NCBI RefSeq assembly: GCF_009834535.1
Contig: NC_045697.1
Span: 7,690,001-7,754,000, forward strand
Reading direction: 5' to 3'
Source: Camelus ferus
Lineage: Eukaryota
Length of the DNA stretch: 64,000 bases
A program made the translations under genes and the position numbers. A model generated the notes under the pieces. The model made no database searches and had not been told where the DNA came from. It was given only the letters and a program-made list of their open reading frames with translations. Of the stretch, positions 26,716-39,300 are shown piece after piece. The first letter of the stretch is position 1, and the number at the start of each line of letters is the position of its first letter.

Positions 26716-28530
26716 ATATTGTATCACTTATGGTGTTACTTGCTCCAGCTGTGAGGAACGTTTTCAGTCAGATAAACGACTTGAGTGTCTGTTTTTATGA
26801 TTATCATTTCCCATCACCAAGATTTTGATGTATAATGGCAGTAAAAAGTTCAAGGTAATATTGCCTGTCAGAAAGGGAGAGTCGAATAGTCTTCTATCTT
26901 ATTGATGTAATAACAGAACCATATTCTTTGGCAATCAGCTGGGTGAGGGACTGGGGCAACATACTCATAAAAACTGATAAATAAGAGTTTTGGGCCAACA
27001 GTTGTTATCACACATTTTCCTGAGGGTCGGCATGAGGTCAACAGGTCCAGATCTTCTCTTTGGAATCTGTTCTGGGTCAGTTCCAAGATGAGAAATAACT
27101 CAATGAAGAACTGTGAAAACAGATACTAAATAAGGCCAGCAGGTTAGTAAATAAGCAAACAAGAAATAGTACAACATATATCAAATACCTAATTTGAGGT
27201 CACAGAATATTATTGTCATCCTTAAAAAAGAAAAAAAAGTCTGGCTGCTAAATGTGCTGGAAGAGAACCAGTGAGTCGACCAATTGTTGAGGTGGTAGGA
27301 AGTTGGCCACAAATTGTGATTTTTATCAGAGTGGATGCTCATCAGCTGTGCATCCTGAATTCATTTTAATAACAAGTCTAGTGGATTGATTCCTTACTTA
27401 GGACTAAAAAATTATGTCTTTGACATTTAAAAGGTACACTCTATTAGCAGTAGCCATGATTTCATCTACATTTGATATTATTTTTGGGGAAAAGAAAATT
27501 ATCGGATTGTTATATTTGTGCTAGACACCTGTGCACATCTAATTCAGCTCCATTTTGGAGGGAAGAGATGGAGGAAGCCTCCTGCTAAGCAAACAATTGT
27601 GATTTTTCTCTGGTCCCAAACATGAAATAAGCTTAAGTGTGTAAGTTTTGCCTCTGTAAAGGTGGAAGCAGTTGAGGGGTAGAGAGATTTTCTGAGATCA
27701 TTCTGTTTATCTTCCTATCACTGAGTGTCCAATAGACAGAATTCTAGGGTTATTATTTGAAAGTACATTGTTGCCACTCATATAAGCCAGAATCCTCAAA
27801 CCAGATTTATTCAGTAAAAAACTGATGCGTGGTCTCCAACTTCTTAACTTTTATGTCTCTCAATTACTTTCAATCTTTGGGTCAAAGCTAGGATATTATT
27901 CAATAGATTCTTTCAAATTCCAAGAACTTCAAGAATTTAAGAGTCTTGTTATATTTTAACAATGGCTGATGATGTGGTTCACACTAACTTTCTTGCAAAG
28001 AAGAGCAAGAAAAGTTTCACAGAATTTGTAATAAAACTGGTTTGAAGAAATCAGGGAGCTATCAATGCAGTGAGGATGCGTGAGGCCAGATGCTGAGTAG
28101 GAAGCAAGTACATTTAGCTTCACTTTTTCCGAGTTATTGCTAATTTCTAAAGAAGACTAAGCAAAGCTTTTAAGAGTCTCACAAAACTGGAAGAAAATAA
28201 ATAGAATTGAAGGTTCACCATGGAGGAAAGCCCTGGTAAAAGCTCCGGTCTGGATTGAAGCTCAGATGAGCTAGTCTCAAATAATAAAGATAAACTGGAA
28301 ATATACCAGCACTCACAGAGATCAAAGCCCACTTTGAAAGATCTCAATCCATGACATGACTAACGCCATCTAAATTTACTTGGGCCTTTTCCTTCTTTAC
28401 TTTCAGAAGCTAAAATCGTTCTAGATAAAGAGACCACCATGCAGAAGTTATCAAAATGACCAAGACCACAAAGAGAACAAATGTAGCTGAAAACCAATAG
28501 AGATAATAGATAATACTGAGATTCCAGGCA

Positions 28531-28662
28531 TTTTTTTTTTAGTTTTAATTTTTTAATCCTTAATTTTTAAATTTTTTCCCTTAATGGAGGCACTGGGGAT
28601 TGAACCTAGGACCTCATGCATGCCAGGCACGTGCTCTACCATTGAGCTATACCCTTCACCCC
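28531..28662 (-). mobile_element. Camelid tRNA-Ala-derived SINE (Vic-1 type)
   Basis: Minus strand reads GGGTATAGCTCAATGGTAGAGCACG...GGTTCAATCCCCAGTGCCTCC plus an A-rich tail. Confidence 0.9.
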
Positions 28663-28769
28663 TAAAGCATGGATTTTAAAACACTGATGATTAACATACT
28701 AAACTAATTAATAGAAACTTAGACAACTGAGTAGAGGATTTAAATATTAAATAAATCTTGCTAAATTTA

Positions 28770-29910
28770 CTAAAGTCAAAATACAATAATCAATTGTATC
28801 CTATATATTAGCAATAAACACTTAGAAAATGAAATTTAAGAAATAACATTGACAATGAAGGGGAAGATTAATAAAGCAAATTCAGGAAATTGGTAAATCA
28901 AGAATTTCCAGTTTTTAAAATATAACATAGGGAGAGTAAAAAAGCAAGCCACAGAAAGGGGAAATGAATTTCTAGCAATAAGAACTGAAATAGTTTTGTT
29001 TTCAGAATAAGTAAAGACTTCTACCAAGAACATGTAAAGGGAGCACAGCAAGAGAAAGATGGACAAAATAACTGATCAGGCCCTTCACCACAGAAGATAT
29101 CCAAACAAAACGTTTGAAAAATGTTCTGCTTCACTGATCAAAATTAAAACGTAAATCAAAGCTACATAACTATAATGAAATATCAGTATCACCAAACAAT
29201 ACCTGAATTGCCAAATTTAAAGGGTGGTAAGTAAATATTGACAAACATGTGGATCAAGTGGAATTCTCAAACTCTGCAAGAGGGCATTAGTATAGCTATT
29301 TGTGAAAACTGTGTGGCAGAATTTGTTAAAGCTACATATACACACCAGCATAAAATATAATATAGACCATGCAATACAGCAATGACATTCTGTGGTGTAT
29401 ATCCACCAGGGATGTTTTACAGAAGTGTGCCCCAAAAAATGCAACATGGTTCATAACATTAAAATAGCCAAATTCTGGAAACAACCCAAAATTCCATCAA
29501 CAGTTGATGGAAAAATAAATTCACAATTATTCATAGAATGGTATACTATACACTCATGAAAATAATTTAATTTCAAATAAACACAACAATATGGATCAAC
29601 CCCATAAACATAATATTGAGCAAAATAAGCCAAAACTGACAATGTGCTGTGTGATTCTAATAATATAAACTTTAAAAATGGGCAAAGCAATCTATGTAGT
29701 AAAAAATCAGAAGAATAGTTACATTTGGGGAAAAGACTAAAAATAATTGGGAGAGAGAAAGAGGAAGTTTCTGGAAGTGATAGAAATACACTATTTATTG
29801 ACTTACATTATGTTTTATAGATGTGTTCATTTCTTGATAATTTATGGAGCTGTGTACCTCCAATTTGTGACTGTCTCTCAACGCATGTTATTCTTAAATA
29901 AAAAATTATT
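28770..29910 (+). mobile_element. Old L1 (L1ME-type) ORF2 remnant and 3' end
   Basis: CTGGAAACAACCCAAAATTCCATCAACAG and ATAATATTGAGCAAAATAAGCCA, ending TTCTTAAATAAAAAA. Confidence 0.75.
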
Positions 29911-30750
29911 TCAAAAGATTTAAAAAGCTTTAATATTAAAATTAACAAAGAAGAAAGCCACTCCTTACACATTCCTATTTCATCACTTTGCCATTATTTT
30001 CTAGGCCACCTGAAAATTTACTCTGCAGACCTTGGCTTCCAAGGTGGTGTTAAGATTCTGCTTCATACAAACATCAGTAAACTGGGGATTTATATTAAAC
30101 TCGTGCAGCTTAACCCTCAACCAAATCCTTGTCTCAGAGATTTTGCTATAAGATGGAAAGGAGTATGATGATGTTAAACATTTGAATAGCACCATTCTGA
30201 CCATACTTGGTCCTCAAGAGGAATTTTGACTGCACATATTTAGGTTTGAGTTTTAATACTAATTGCACAGCTCAGAAGAAGTTTGGTCTAGAATGTGAGA
30301 GGCATAGCTAGTTACCTTTTGGCTGGGAGCACATTCACAAGAAGGTGAAATAAATTACAAAAATGAGCAGTCATGGAGAAAACTTAGTGCTCTATAAGAT
30401 GACACATATCTTCATGACTTTTTAAATAAACAGTATTACACAGGAAGCTGTTATTAGACCTCTTTCTGCCACTGTTCAGGGCTCTGTAAAATTCAAGGCA
30501 TTTGACATTGATTTGAATTGACATTCTTTGGATGTCCATTTAGTGGAGGCCCTGCTGTGCTGCCCAGATCTCACACTTCAGGACAGAGGCAGTCATTCCC
30601 CACTTGCTAGGAATATGGGCTTCTGATAAATCACAGCTGAGTCCGTTTTGTCCCTGGAAATTACCCACTGAGGAAGGATAATTATCCATTGCAGAATGCT
30701 CAGCTCATGCCTACGTCCCTCCCACGATGAAGCCTGTTTACAATAATCGG

Positions 30751-31115
30751 TGTTATAAAATACTGCACCAGACAAAGTAAATAGGCTTTATTTGATACTT
30801 TATTCAATATTTTATTTAATACTATGTTATCATAGACTTTATTCAAAACTAATGCGATAGAGGAGAGAGAATGACTTCAGTTCCACCGAAACAAAAGGTC
30901 AGAGATTTTTTTAAGTACTCAATGAGGTAGTGGAAAAGCACTGGAGAATGTCAGATTGGTCAACATGATGGGGCCATCTGTGTTTACCGATTGTCCTCTT
31001 CCAAAGAGGTTCCTACCCTCTCACAGAGACTGGGGTGCTGAGTTTCTTGATGATTATGCTTTAAAGGAAGAGCTCCCAGGTCCTTGAGAAAGAGATCCCT
31101 GAGTTGTAAAACTGG
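30751..31115 (-). mobile_element. MER31-like ERV1 LTR, partial
   Basis: AGACTTTATTCAA...GGAGAGAGA, GCCATCTGTGTTT and CTCCCAGGTCCTTGAGAAAG...GTTGTAAAACTGG. Confidence 0.7.
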
Positions 31116-32319
31116 GAATTCCAGTGCCAGAGGAAACAGCCAAGATCTCTGCTAAACTGTGTGTCCTTCCTACTTCTTCCTCTGCCCAATCCTGCTTCCC
31201 AATCTCTCCCTCCTGGACAGCCGTGGCCCCTGAGAGAATTCAGCAACAGACTTCCTCCAGGCAAATTCCCTCATAGCTGGCTTATCAGAGAACCTGCATG
31301 AGCACAAACCACCTCCACTATTTTCACTAGAACAATACCACTCATTTCTTTTTAAGTTACATGTATGACACCTTCTCAAAAGCCCTCCCCTTAATATCTA
31401 TTCCCACTTCACATGCACCTTGAAAGTCAGTTACCTTGTTCTCTTCTGCATTTTCATAGCACATCTGAATAAGGAACATTACTTACTGATGCTTTTTCTC
31501 TCTTTCTTCCCCACTAGCCTGAACCCGAAGTAAGGGAACCATGTTTGATTTATCTTTCTGTTTTGGTAATTACAATACTTGAATTAGAAATTGGCATATT
31601 GCAAGCACTAATTAAGCATGTTTTAAACTGAGTCATAATTCTACTTTCACCATTCAGCTGACTAGATCATTTTGTTTAATTTTTGGTTGACATATTTGTG
31701 TATCCAATGAGGATTTTTACTGGGTATCCAACAAGGGTCACATCATTTATGTATATATGTTAGTGTTTACATTAGGTAGTGGGAAGGCTGTCTTTTAAAA
31801 GATTCTACTCTGTTTAATTTGTTCATTTTTTTTTAATCTTACAAACATAAACTAGATTATTATAGGAGTCTTAAAAACTCTTCAAACCAAATATTAAAGT
31901 CATTATTGAATTAAAAATTAAATTTTATTTAATCCATTGGTAAGTGTTAAAGAATGAAGACAGTAAGAGTTTCCAGAGACTCAGGTTGCAAATAAAGAAT
32001 TTGAATATTTTAATAGCACTCTTTCAACGCTGTGAGTTTAACTAAAAATCCAAATGATTTTGAAGTAACTTTGACTAACGGAAAATGTAAGAAAAATGTA
32101 TGACTTTTTCATAACTTACAGAAAGTACTTAGCAAGGAAGGCTTAACTGCAACAAAATCTAAAAACCTAGCCCATAGATTAGAAAGATAACAGGAGTAAA
32201 TTATACTGATTAATCAATCAATCAGCTAAAAAGAGTCCATGACATGCGGAACAAAGGAAGGGGCAACACTGCTGTTACTCTACACTGAGCTAAACTGAAC
32301 ACATCTGAAGAATCTATTT

Positions 32320-33845
32320 ACTCCTTAGAGAGTATTCCTGCCAAATAGAATATTGAGTCCACCCAAAATAAAGTCTTAAATTGTAAAGTTTGGAAATTTA
32401 AAACAAATATCACAAGAACTTAAAACAATTATGTGTGAAATAATATATCACCATAAAAATTAGAATGTTTCAAACTAACAGTGAAAGCAATATATATCTA
32501 ACTTGTGGGATGCAATTAAAATATTACTTAGGGGGAAATCTGTAGTCCTAATGCAAATTTTCAAAAAGAGAAAGTGTAGAAAATTAATGATTTAAGAAAT
32601 CCACTTAAAATATTAATAGCATAATGAGTGAAACACATCGATAATCTAAGGAAAATAATATATATTAGCAAAATTAGTGGAAATTTTTTAAAATGATAAA
32701 AAGAATCAATACATCAATAGCTAGTTCTTTGAAAATAAATGCCTGTGGCAGGCTTGATTATTCAAAATGATAAGACATCAATTATGAATATAAGGACAAA
32801 ATTGAGATACATATAACAAATTTTTAAAAATCATGACTAATTGTATAATGCTTTGGGAAATTTAGATCCAAAGGATCTAGAAAAAACATCTCATCAAACA
32901 TGACTCAAAAATAAGGAAACTCAAACAGGCGAGACTGGTATGTATTTACTAGCTAATATCAATAAATAAATAATTACCCATCAAAACAAAATCAAATCAA
33001 AACAAGTTAAAAATAGAAATAAAATATACCATAGCACATGTAAATACTGCAGAATGTACATGCAAATATTAAGAAACAGATCTATGGAATAAAATAATAA
33101 GCCCAGAAACAGGCCAAGGCAAAATAAATAATAAATAAAAATAAAATGAACTATACCTATGACAGGAGCTACATAATGACAGAAATGACAAAACAAATCA
33201 TCTGGGAAACATACACCATTATATAGATGGTACTAGAATAACAGATTCTCCCTAAGGAAAAAAAATATATAATTAGATCCCTCGTTATTCCGTACATGAG
33301 TTAATCTCAGCTTGATTAAAAACTTAAATGTGAAAAGAAAACTAAAAAAGTTTAGTATGAAACATATTTTTATAACCTAGGCACTGGGGGATAAATTCTT
33401 AAACAGAACATGAAAAGCAAAATGCTTCACCAGGATTAATACATTTGGTTACATTAAATTAAAAAAAAATTTAAACAACAAAAGGTAAAATAAATACAAT
33501 GGAAAGTCACACCCTAGATGAGACATGTAACCAACAAATGATTGAATCTAATATGTTTTATAGCTATTAAATATGATACTCATATGTATCAAAATTAGAG
33601 ACAAATATCCTAATAGAAACATCACAAAGCTGATCAATTTACAGAGGAGAAACTATGAATTAAAAAAATGAAGAAATGCTCATTTTCACTTGTAATCAGC
33701 AAAATTCAGAGTTTAAATAAGTAAGATACCACCTCACACTAACAAATTAACAAAAATTAATTTGTTAATATATTTAACAAGATATTTTAGCGAAGGACAT
33801 AGAGAAATGGAAACTCATATCATTGGTTGGAATGAAAATGTTTAC
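32320..33845 (+). mobile_element. Old L1 (L1M/L1ME) ORF2 remnant
   Basis: A-rich with collinear ORF2 relics: AACTTGTGGGATGCA, GCTAGTTCTTTGAAAA, GATTAAAAACTTAAATGTGAAA, AGATACCACCTCACAC. Confidence 0.75.
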
Positions 33846-34218
33846 AAAAAAAGTTTTACCTTATTGGTGTGCCTCAATCCATTACATTAATTCAATAATT
33901 TTGCATATTTTAAATATCTCACATTCTTTTCAATCTAGTCATATTGCAGAGTGACAGAATAACACAAAAATTGGCCCCCCAAAAGTGCCTAAAACATAGA
34001 AAAACATCTATTTTTAAATAAGGAATCAGAAGCTTTGGTCACAATGTGATGACTGTCTTCAAAGTAGTTAAGATTGCAAGTCACTTAGGTTATACATATA
34101 CCCTAAAGTTTATTTTAATTAAAAAGATAAAAATATCCAGTTATTTAATAATCTTTTTAACTTGCAGCATGGTTTTGCCTTTAAATACACATCTAGACTG
34201 TAGTTCCATATTATGTTT

Positions 34219-35037
34219 TGTCTTAGTTTTGGTTCTCACTAGCTACAGAATGAATTGTGTGTCTCCCACCCCTCACCCACATTCATATGTTGAAGCCCTA
34301 ACCCCTCAGTGTGGAGGCACATGGAGATGACGCCTTTGGGAAGTAATTAGTGTCAAAGGTGGTCACGAGGGCTGGGTATCATCAGACAGAGATCAGAAAT
34401 CTCCCCCTCTCGGCCATGCGAGGACACAGGGAGAAGTCGGCTGTCTGAAAGACAGAAGGAGAGCCTTCATCAGGTCTTAGACGTCCAACCTCCAGAATTG
34501 TTAGAAAACACATTTCTGTTGGTGAAGCCACCCAATCTATAACATTTTGTTGGTGGCCCGAGCTGATTAAGACACCACCAGAAGCAAATTCAGAGACAAG
34601 AATTTAAATATACGTGGTTTATTGGAAAGTGATTCCAGGAAACAGGGGTAGGAAAGCAGATGTAAGAAACAAGTAAGAGGAGGCAGCCAGGAAAGGGTTA
34701 GTAGAGGTAAGTTATCACGGCAAAATTTGAGGAACTGGGGACATTTGGCATCAATAGAGAACATGCTTTTCAGAGATGCTCCTCTAACGGGACTATGGAC
34801 TGGGGTATTTATACAACACTTCTTTCAATCATTTGTTTAGGACTATTTCCAGGGATGTTAATTCTGAACAATTTCTGGCCTCTTAGGCCGGTGGACAGAA
34901 AGGGCTCTGGAGGCAAAAGACTTTAAACCAAGAAGAGCAAATGCTACCCCGGAAGGTTTGTCTGGTGTGCATTGAGGTAGCAAGTGCCGAGGGACTATGG
35001 GTGCAGAACCAAGGGGCTTTGCCTCGTATCTTTTACA
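34219..35037 (-). mobile_element. LTR16-type ERVL LTR, split by MLT1A
   Basis: CAGAAGCAAATTCAGAGACAAGAATTT...GTTTATTGG...GATTCCAGGAAAC and CTGGGGTATTTATAC. Confidence 0.7.
34241..34574 (+). mobile_element. MaLR solo LTR, MLT1A-like
   Basis: TGAATTGTGT...ATTCATATGTTGAAGCCCTAACCCC...GCTGATTAAGACA. Confidence 0.85.
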
Positions 35038-35535
35038 CAGCTGCATGCCTCTTGATTGTCAGTTTATTTTCTTTAGGAGTAGAAAGAACTTAGAAAAATT
35101 TCCCTATTTTAAAGCTTTTTCACCCGCACATAATTTACTATTTCTTTGTAGTATCTCATCTTTTATTAGTCTTACCAAACAACTCAGCTCTATTTTGCAT
35201 ACAGTTAGTAATTAAATTACATGACTACAACAACAGGTACACTTAATGTCAACAAGTTTCGAAATACAAACCCTTGGCTCTTCATAAGGTTACACAAAGG
35301 CTGGCATGAGAAGTGCATGGTGGAGTGTCTAGGAACATTCAGTATGCAGTGGGCATCAGCCAGTATAAATTCCAGAAGGAGGGAAGACCTTCAGTTAATC
35401 CAGGGAGTCTGTTAACTGGAGGTAAATGGAAATAAGTCTGAGTCTATCAGGTTAGCTACCACATGGGAAAGAAATTTTATATGACCCCGGGACAGAAATT
35501 TCAGGTAGAGTTGGGGGAGGTAAGACTAACTTTGC

Positions 35536-36507
35536 GTATAGTATAAGGGAGTGTTCCAGCTTCACTGATTTACATGCTCCTGTCCAGTTTTCCCAACACC
35601 ATTTGCTGAAGAGATGTCTTTATTCCATTGCATATTCTTGCCTCCTTTGTCGAAGATTAATTGACCAGAAGTTTGTGGGTTCACTTCTGGGCTTTCTATT
35701 CAGTTCCATTGGTCAATATGTCTGTTTTTGTACCAATACCATGCAGTTTTGATTACTGTAGCTCTGTAGTATTGTCTGAAGTCTGGGAGAGTTATTCCTC
35801 CAGCCTCTTTCTTTCTCTTCAGTAATGCTTTGGCAATTCTAGGTCTTTTGTGGTTCCATATAAATTTTATTATGATTTGTTCTAGTTCTGTGAAATATGT
35901 CCTGGGTAATTTGATAGGGATTGCATTAAATCTGTAGATTGCCTTGCAGAACTATTTACAATAACCAAGACATGGAAACAGCCTAAATGTCCATCGACAC
36001 ATGACTGGATAAAGAAGATGTAGTATATTTATACAATGGAATACTATTCTGGCATAAAAAAGATAACATAATGCCATTTGCAGCAACATGGATGTCCCTG
36101 GAGAATGTCATTCTAAGTGAAGTAAGCCAGAAAGAGAAAAAAAAAATACCATATGAGATCGCTCATATGTGGAATCTAAAAAAAAGAGAAGAATGTAAAT
36201 ACAAAACAGAAGCAGACTCATAGACATAGAATACAAACTTGTGGTTGCCACGGGACTGGGGGTGGGAAGGGACAGACTGGGAGTTCAAAATTTGTAGATA
36301 CTGACAGACATATGTAGAATAGATAAACAAGATCATACTGTATAGCACAGGGAAATATATACAAGATCTTGTGGTAGCTCACAGCAAAAAAGAATGTGAC
36401 AATGAATATGTGTATGTTCATGTATAACTGAAAGATTGTGCTCTCCACTGGAAATTGACACAACATTGTAAACTGACTATAACTCAATAAAAAAAAGTTT
36501 AAAAAAA
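35536..36507 (+). mobile_element. Young camelid L1, 5'-truncated with inverted 5' part
   Basis: 35536-35946 is antisense ORF2; 35947-36507 is sense ORF2 end, 3'UTR and poly-A; perfect TSD AAGACTAACTTTGC. Confidence 0.95.
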
Positions 36508-38106
36508 AAGACTAACTTTGCTTCAGACATTATTATCACCATTGCATATTCCACAAAAACAGGAAGAATTGGCTAGGAAAACTGACTTACTCTAAGTAGA
36601 GTTTCCAAGCAAAATGTACTCGACAACTCAGCAAGTGTCATTTGGGAGCTAATGAAATTTCAGTATCATTTGTTGGGCTGAGTGAACTGACCTCTTCTGG
36701 GTTCTCATGCCTTTAGATTCTCTGTTTAAAAACGTAGCACTGCTGTTATTTGTTCTTAACGCATCATTCGGCTGCACCAAGCTTTGTTAGGAAACTGTAT
36801 TTACACTTTGTGCTTCTCAGGGGTAGACATTTGGGCCAAATCAAGTGTTTGTGGTAGCTAAGCCATTTTATCATTATAAATTTTCTATTTTCTGGCCTAA
36901 GTTAAAAGTCTTAAAAATCGTCACATATCCCTGGGGAGAAGCTTTGTATAGGTTCCAAAAGAAGCTACCTTGGGTTGTTCAAAGACAGAATGTTGAATTC
37001 TGTCCTTTGGTGCCTGTGATGAATTCTACCCTCACGGAGGAAATGGCTGTTTATTCATGTCAAGGTAACTACAGAGAGTGCCCTCCTCTCTCCCTTTTGT
37101 TGGGATCACTTTCTTAAATCTTTGTGTGAAATGCATGGTGGGCATCAGATAACTTTCAGTCTGTTACTGGTGGTGTCAGATCAGTGTTTATGCAGGGCTT
37201 GGTCTGCTAGGGTTTCCATCATCTGGCCCTTAGATCTTCCCAGCAGTATCTCTCCCACCTTCACCCATTCCTTCTCTGAGTAAATTGCCGCTTTTCCCCA
37301 CCCGGGGTCCTTTGCCCACACTGCTCCCTTAACTAGTAATTCCTTCTCAACCTGTTTTTCTGATTCACTTTGAAGCATCATGATTCTGTTTCTGTCCCAC
37401 CTCCTGGCCTTTCTCTAGTCTGGGTCAGCTCCCCTTTCAATGCTGGAATCACAGACTTCTGTCATAGTCAATCTCTAAACATTATTTGTGGGCTGCCACC
37501 CTTCCACTATTCAAAGAAATACGTTTAATGACATTAATCATGGTGAGAAAGATTTAATGCCACAGGAAGTGGAAATACACATAACCCACCTTCCAGTCTC
37601 AATCACGGCTCCAGGATCTCAGAGAACCTTGAATGATTCATGATCATAAGGTAGTTGGTGATGTGTATGAATCCTGGGGAAAATCATAGTGTACACCAAG
37701 ACTTATCTTGCTAACTCACTCCCCAATGCACAGAGTTAAACACCTTCAGCAGTTTAATAGCTTAACAGAGTTAAACAGCTTTAGCTTTGTCTTTTTTAGC
37801 TATAGTTTAGAACACAGGAAAAGACTGTCTTAGTTTTAAAAGAATTTCCACTCAATCTCAATATTTTCCCTCTTACAGTCAAATCAAAAAATTTTAAAGG
37901 CAATTACTTTGATCAGCAACTTTTCTACTATCAACTTCATCTTCCTTCTCCCTTTTATTTTATAGTTTTCTTTCTCCTCCCTGCCAAAAAAAACTCAAAA
38001 GGAAGAACATAATTTCTAAAACGGATACTCTCACAGAAGCAAATTCAGATGCCAGGTTTCTCACGGACTGCTAAGAATAAAGGACACCCGTAACAAGTTA
38101 ACTCAC

Positions 38107-38227
38107 CTGGGTAAAAATATGGTGCTTGGCCGGCAAAGGAGTAGATTTAGTTTATGAATACATCTGTCTGGTTTCCTTCCTTCCATTTTAGTGGTTTGTC
38201 CTCTGTTATCTCTTGAACAGAAGGAAT
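38107..38227 (-). other. Candidate internal exon (121 nt), probably non-coding
   Basis: Acceptor CCTTGTCCTTTCAG| and donor CAG|GTGAGT in apparently unique sequence. Confidence 0.3.
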
Positions 38228-38894
38228 CTGAAAGGACAAGGTGTGGCTGTTCACTGAGTCATAGAAAAAACTCAAATGTGCAGGGCCTGCTGATAAATGT
38301 CAAAAAACTCCATCATAAAAAATACAGATGACACAGTATGGTTAAAGGACATCCAGTAACTTCAATAACCGCACACATAATTTGTTGAACTTGAGATTTT
38401 CAATTTTAAGACAGTTTTTTACAAAGGTATTACCTGGTCTGAAACACTAGATGGTATAAATTATAGCTATCTTTCAACTCTCCTAAATCAGCAAGTCTTT
38501 CAAGAAAGTAATGTGCATGGATTTGTAAAATACGACTGCATTTTATGTTGAGAGAGTTTATAATAAATGCAGAAAGGTTATAATGAAAACCCAAAAGATT
38601 CTATAATTTTAGAAGCCTCCATTTTATAGCTGTCAAATCTTAAAATATAGGAAAATGAGTTTGTGTCATTCATTTAAAATCCCTTTCATTCCAAAGCACC
38701 TTTCAATATCTACTGACTTACCCCCAAATATCCTACTTTTTTGGCATCAAAAGTGTTCTACAATGAAAGTTACTATTTAGGATGATCTCCTTTGAGAATT
38801 GTAATTCTCAGAACACACAACTTCTATAATACTTGTTGGTATAATTTGCCTTCTAATAATGAATGAAGATAAAGACATTTAAAATATGAAAGCT

Positions 38895-39080
38895 ATAGTG
38901 GAAAAAAGATCTGAATAAAGTTTATATTTGTATAACTGAATTGCTTTGCTGTAGATCTGAAACTAACATTGTAAATCAACTACACTTCAATAAAAAATAA
39001 AAAGGAAATAAAGAAAAAAATTAAATTTATAATTACAGCAGACCTGAAAAAAAATTTAAAAAATAAAATAAATAAATAAA
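38895..39080 (+). mobile_element. Short L1 3' end with long A-rich tail
   Basis: TGTATAACTGAATTGCTTTGCTGTA...ATTGTAAATCAACTACACTTCAATAAAAAA; AAAGCT on both sides may be a TSD remnant. Confidence 0.8.
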
Positions 39081-39084
39081 AGCT

Positions 39085-39300
39085 CTGTGACATTCACTGA
39101 ATGCAGTTCCCTTACTAGATGTTTGCCCTTAGAAGAAACACTAACCTTCATAAACTTAGGTTTAACCATCTACAACATGGAGAATGTGATGATTTCTACC
39201 ATGAAGAACTAGTGTAAGAATCAAAGGGCTTAATCCATATAAAGCTCTTAAGGCAACAACAATTAGTAAATAACCAATAAAAGTTACTTATTACTGTCAT
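39085..39300 (+). mobile_element. MIR SINE, followed by a reverse L2 3' end at ~39310-39640
   Basis: CTTACTAGATGT...TAACCTTC...ATAAAGCTCTTA; then CATTCATTCA...TTTACTGAGC. Confidence 0.55.

Noticed and set aside
37729..37777. Short direct repeat ACAGAGTTAAACA x2 (similar micro-duplications near 18984 and 43434)
   Set aside because: Only two copies each, ordinary slippage duplications; no CRISPR-like repeat-spacer array anywhere in the window
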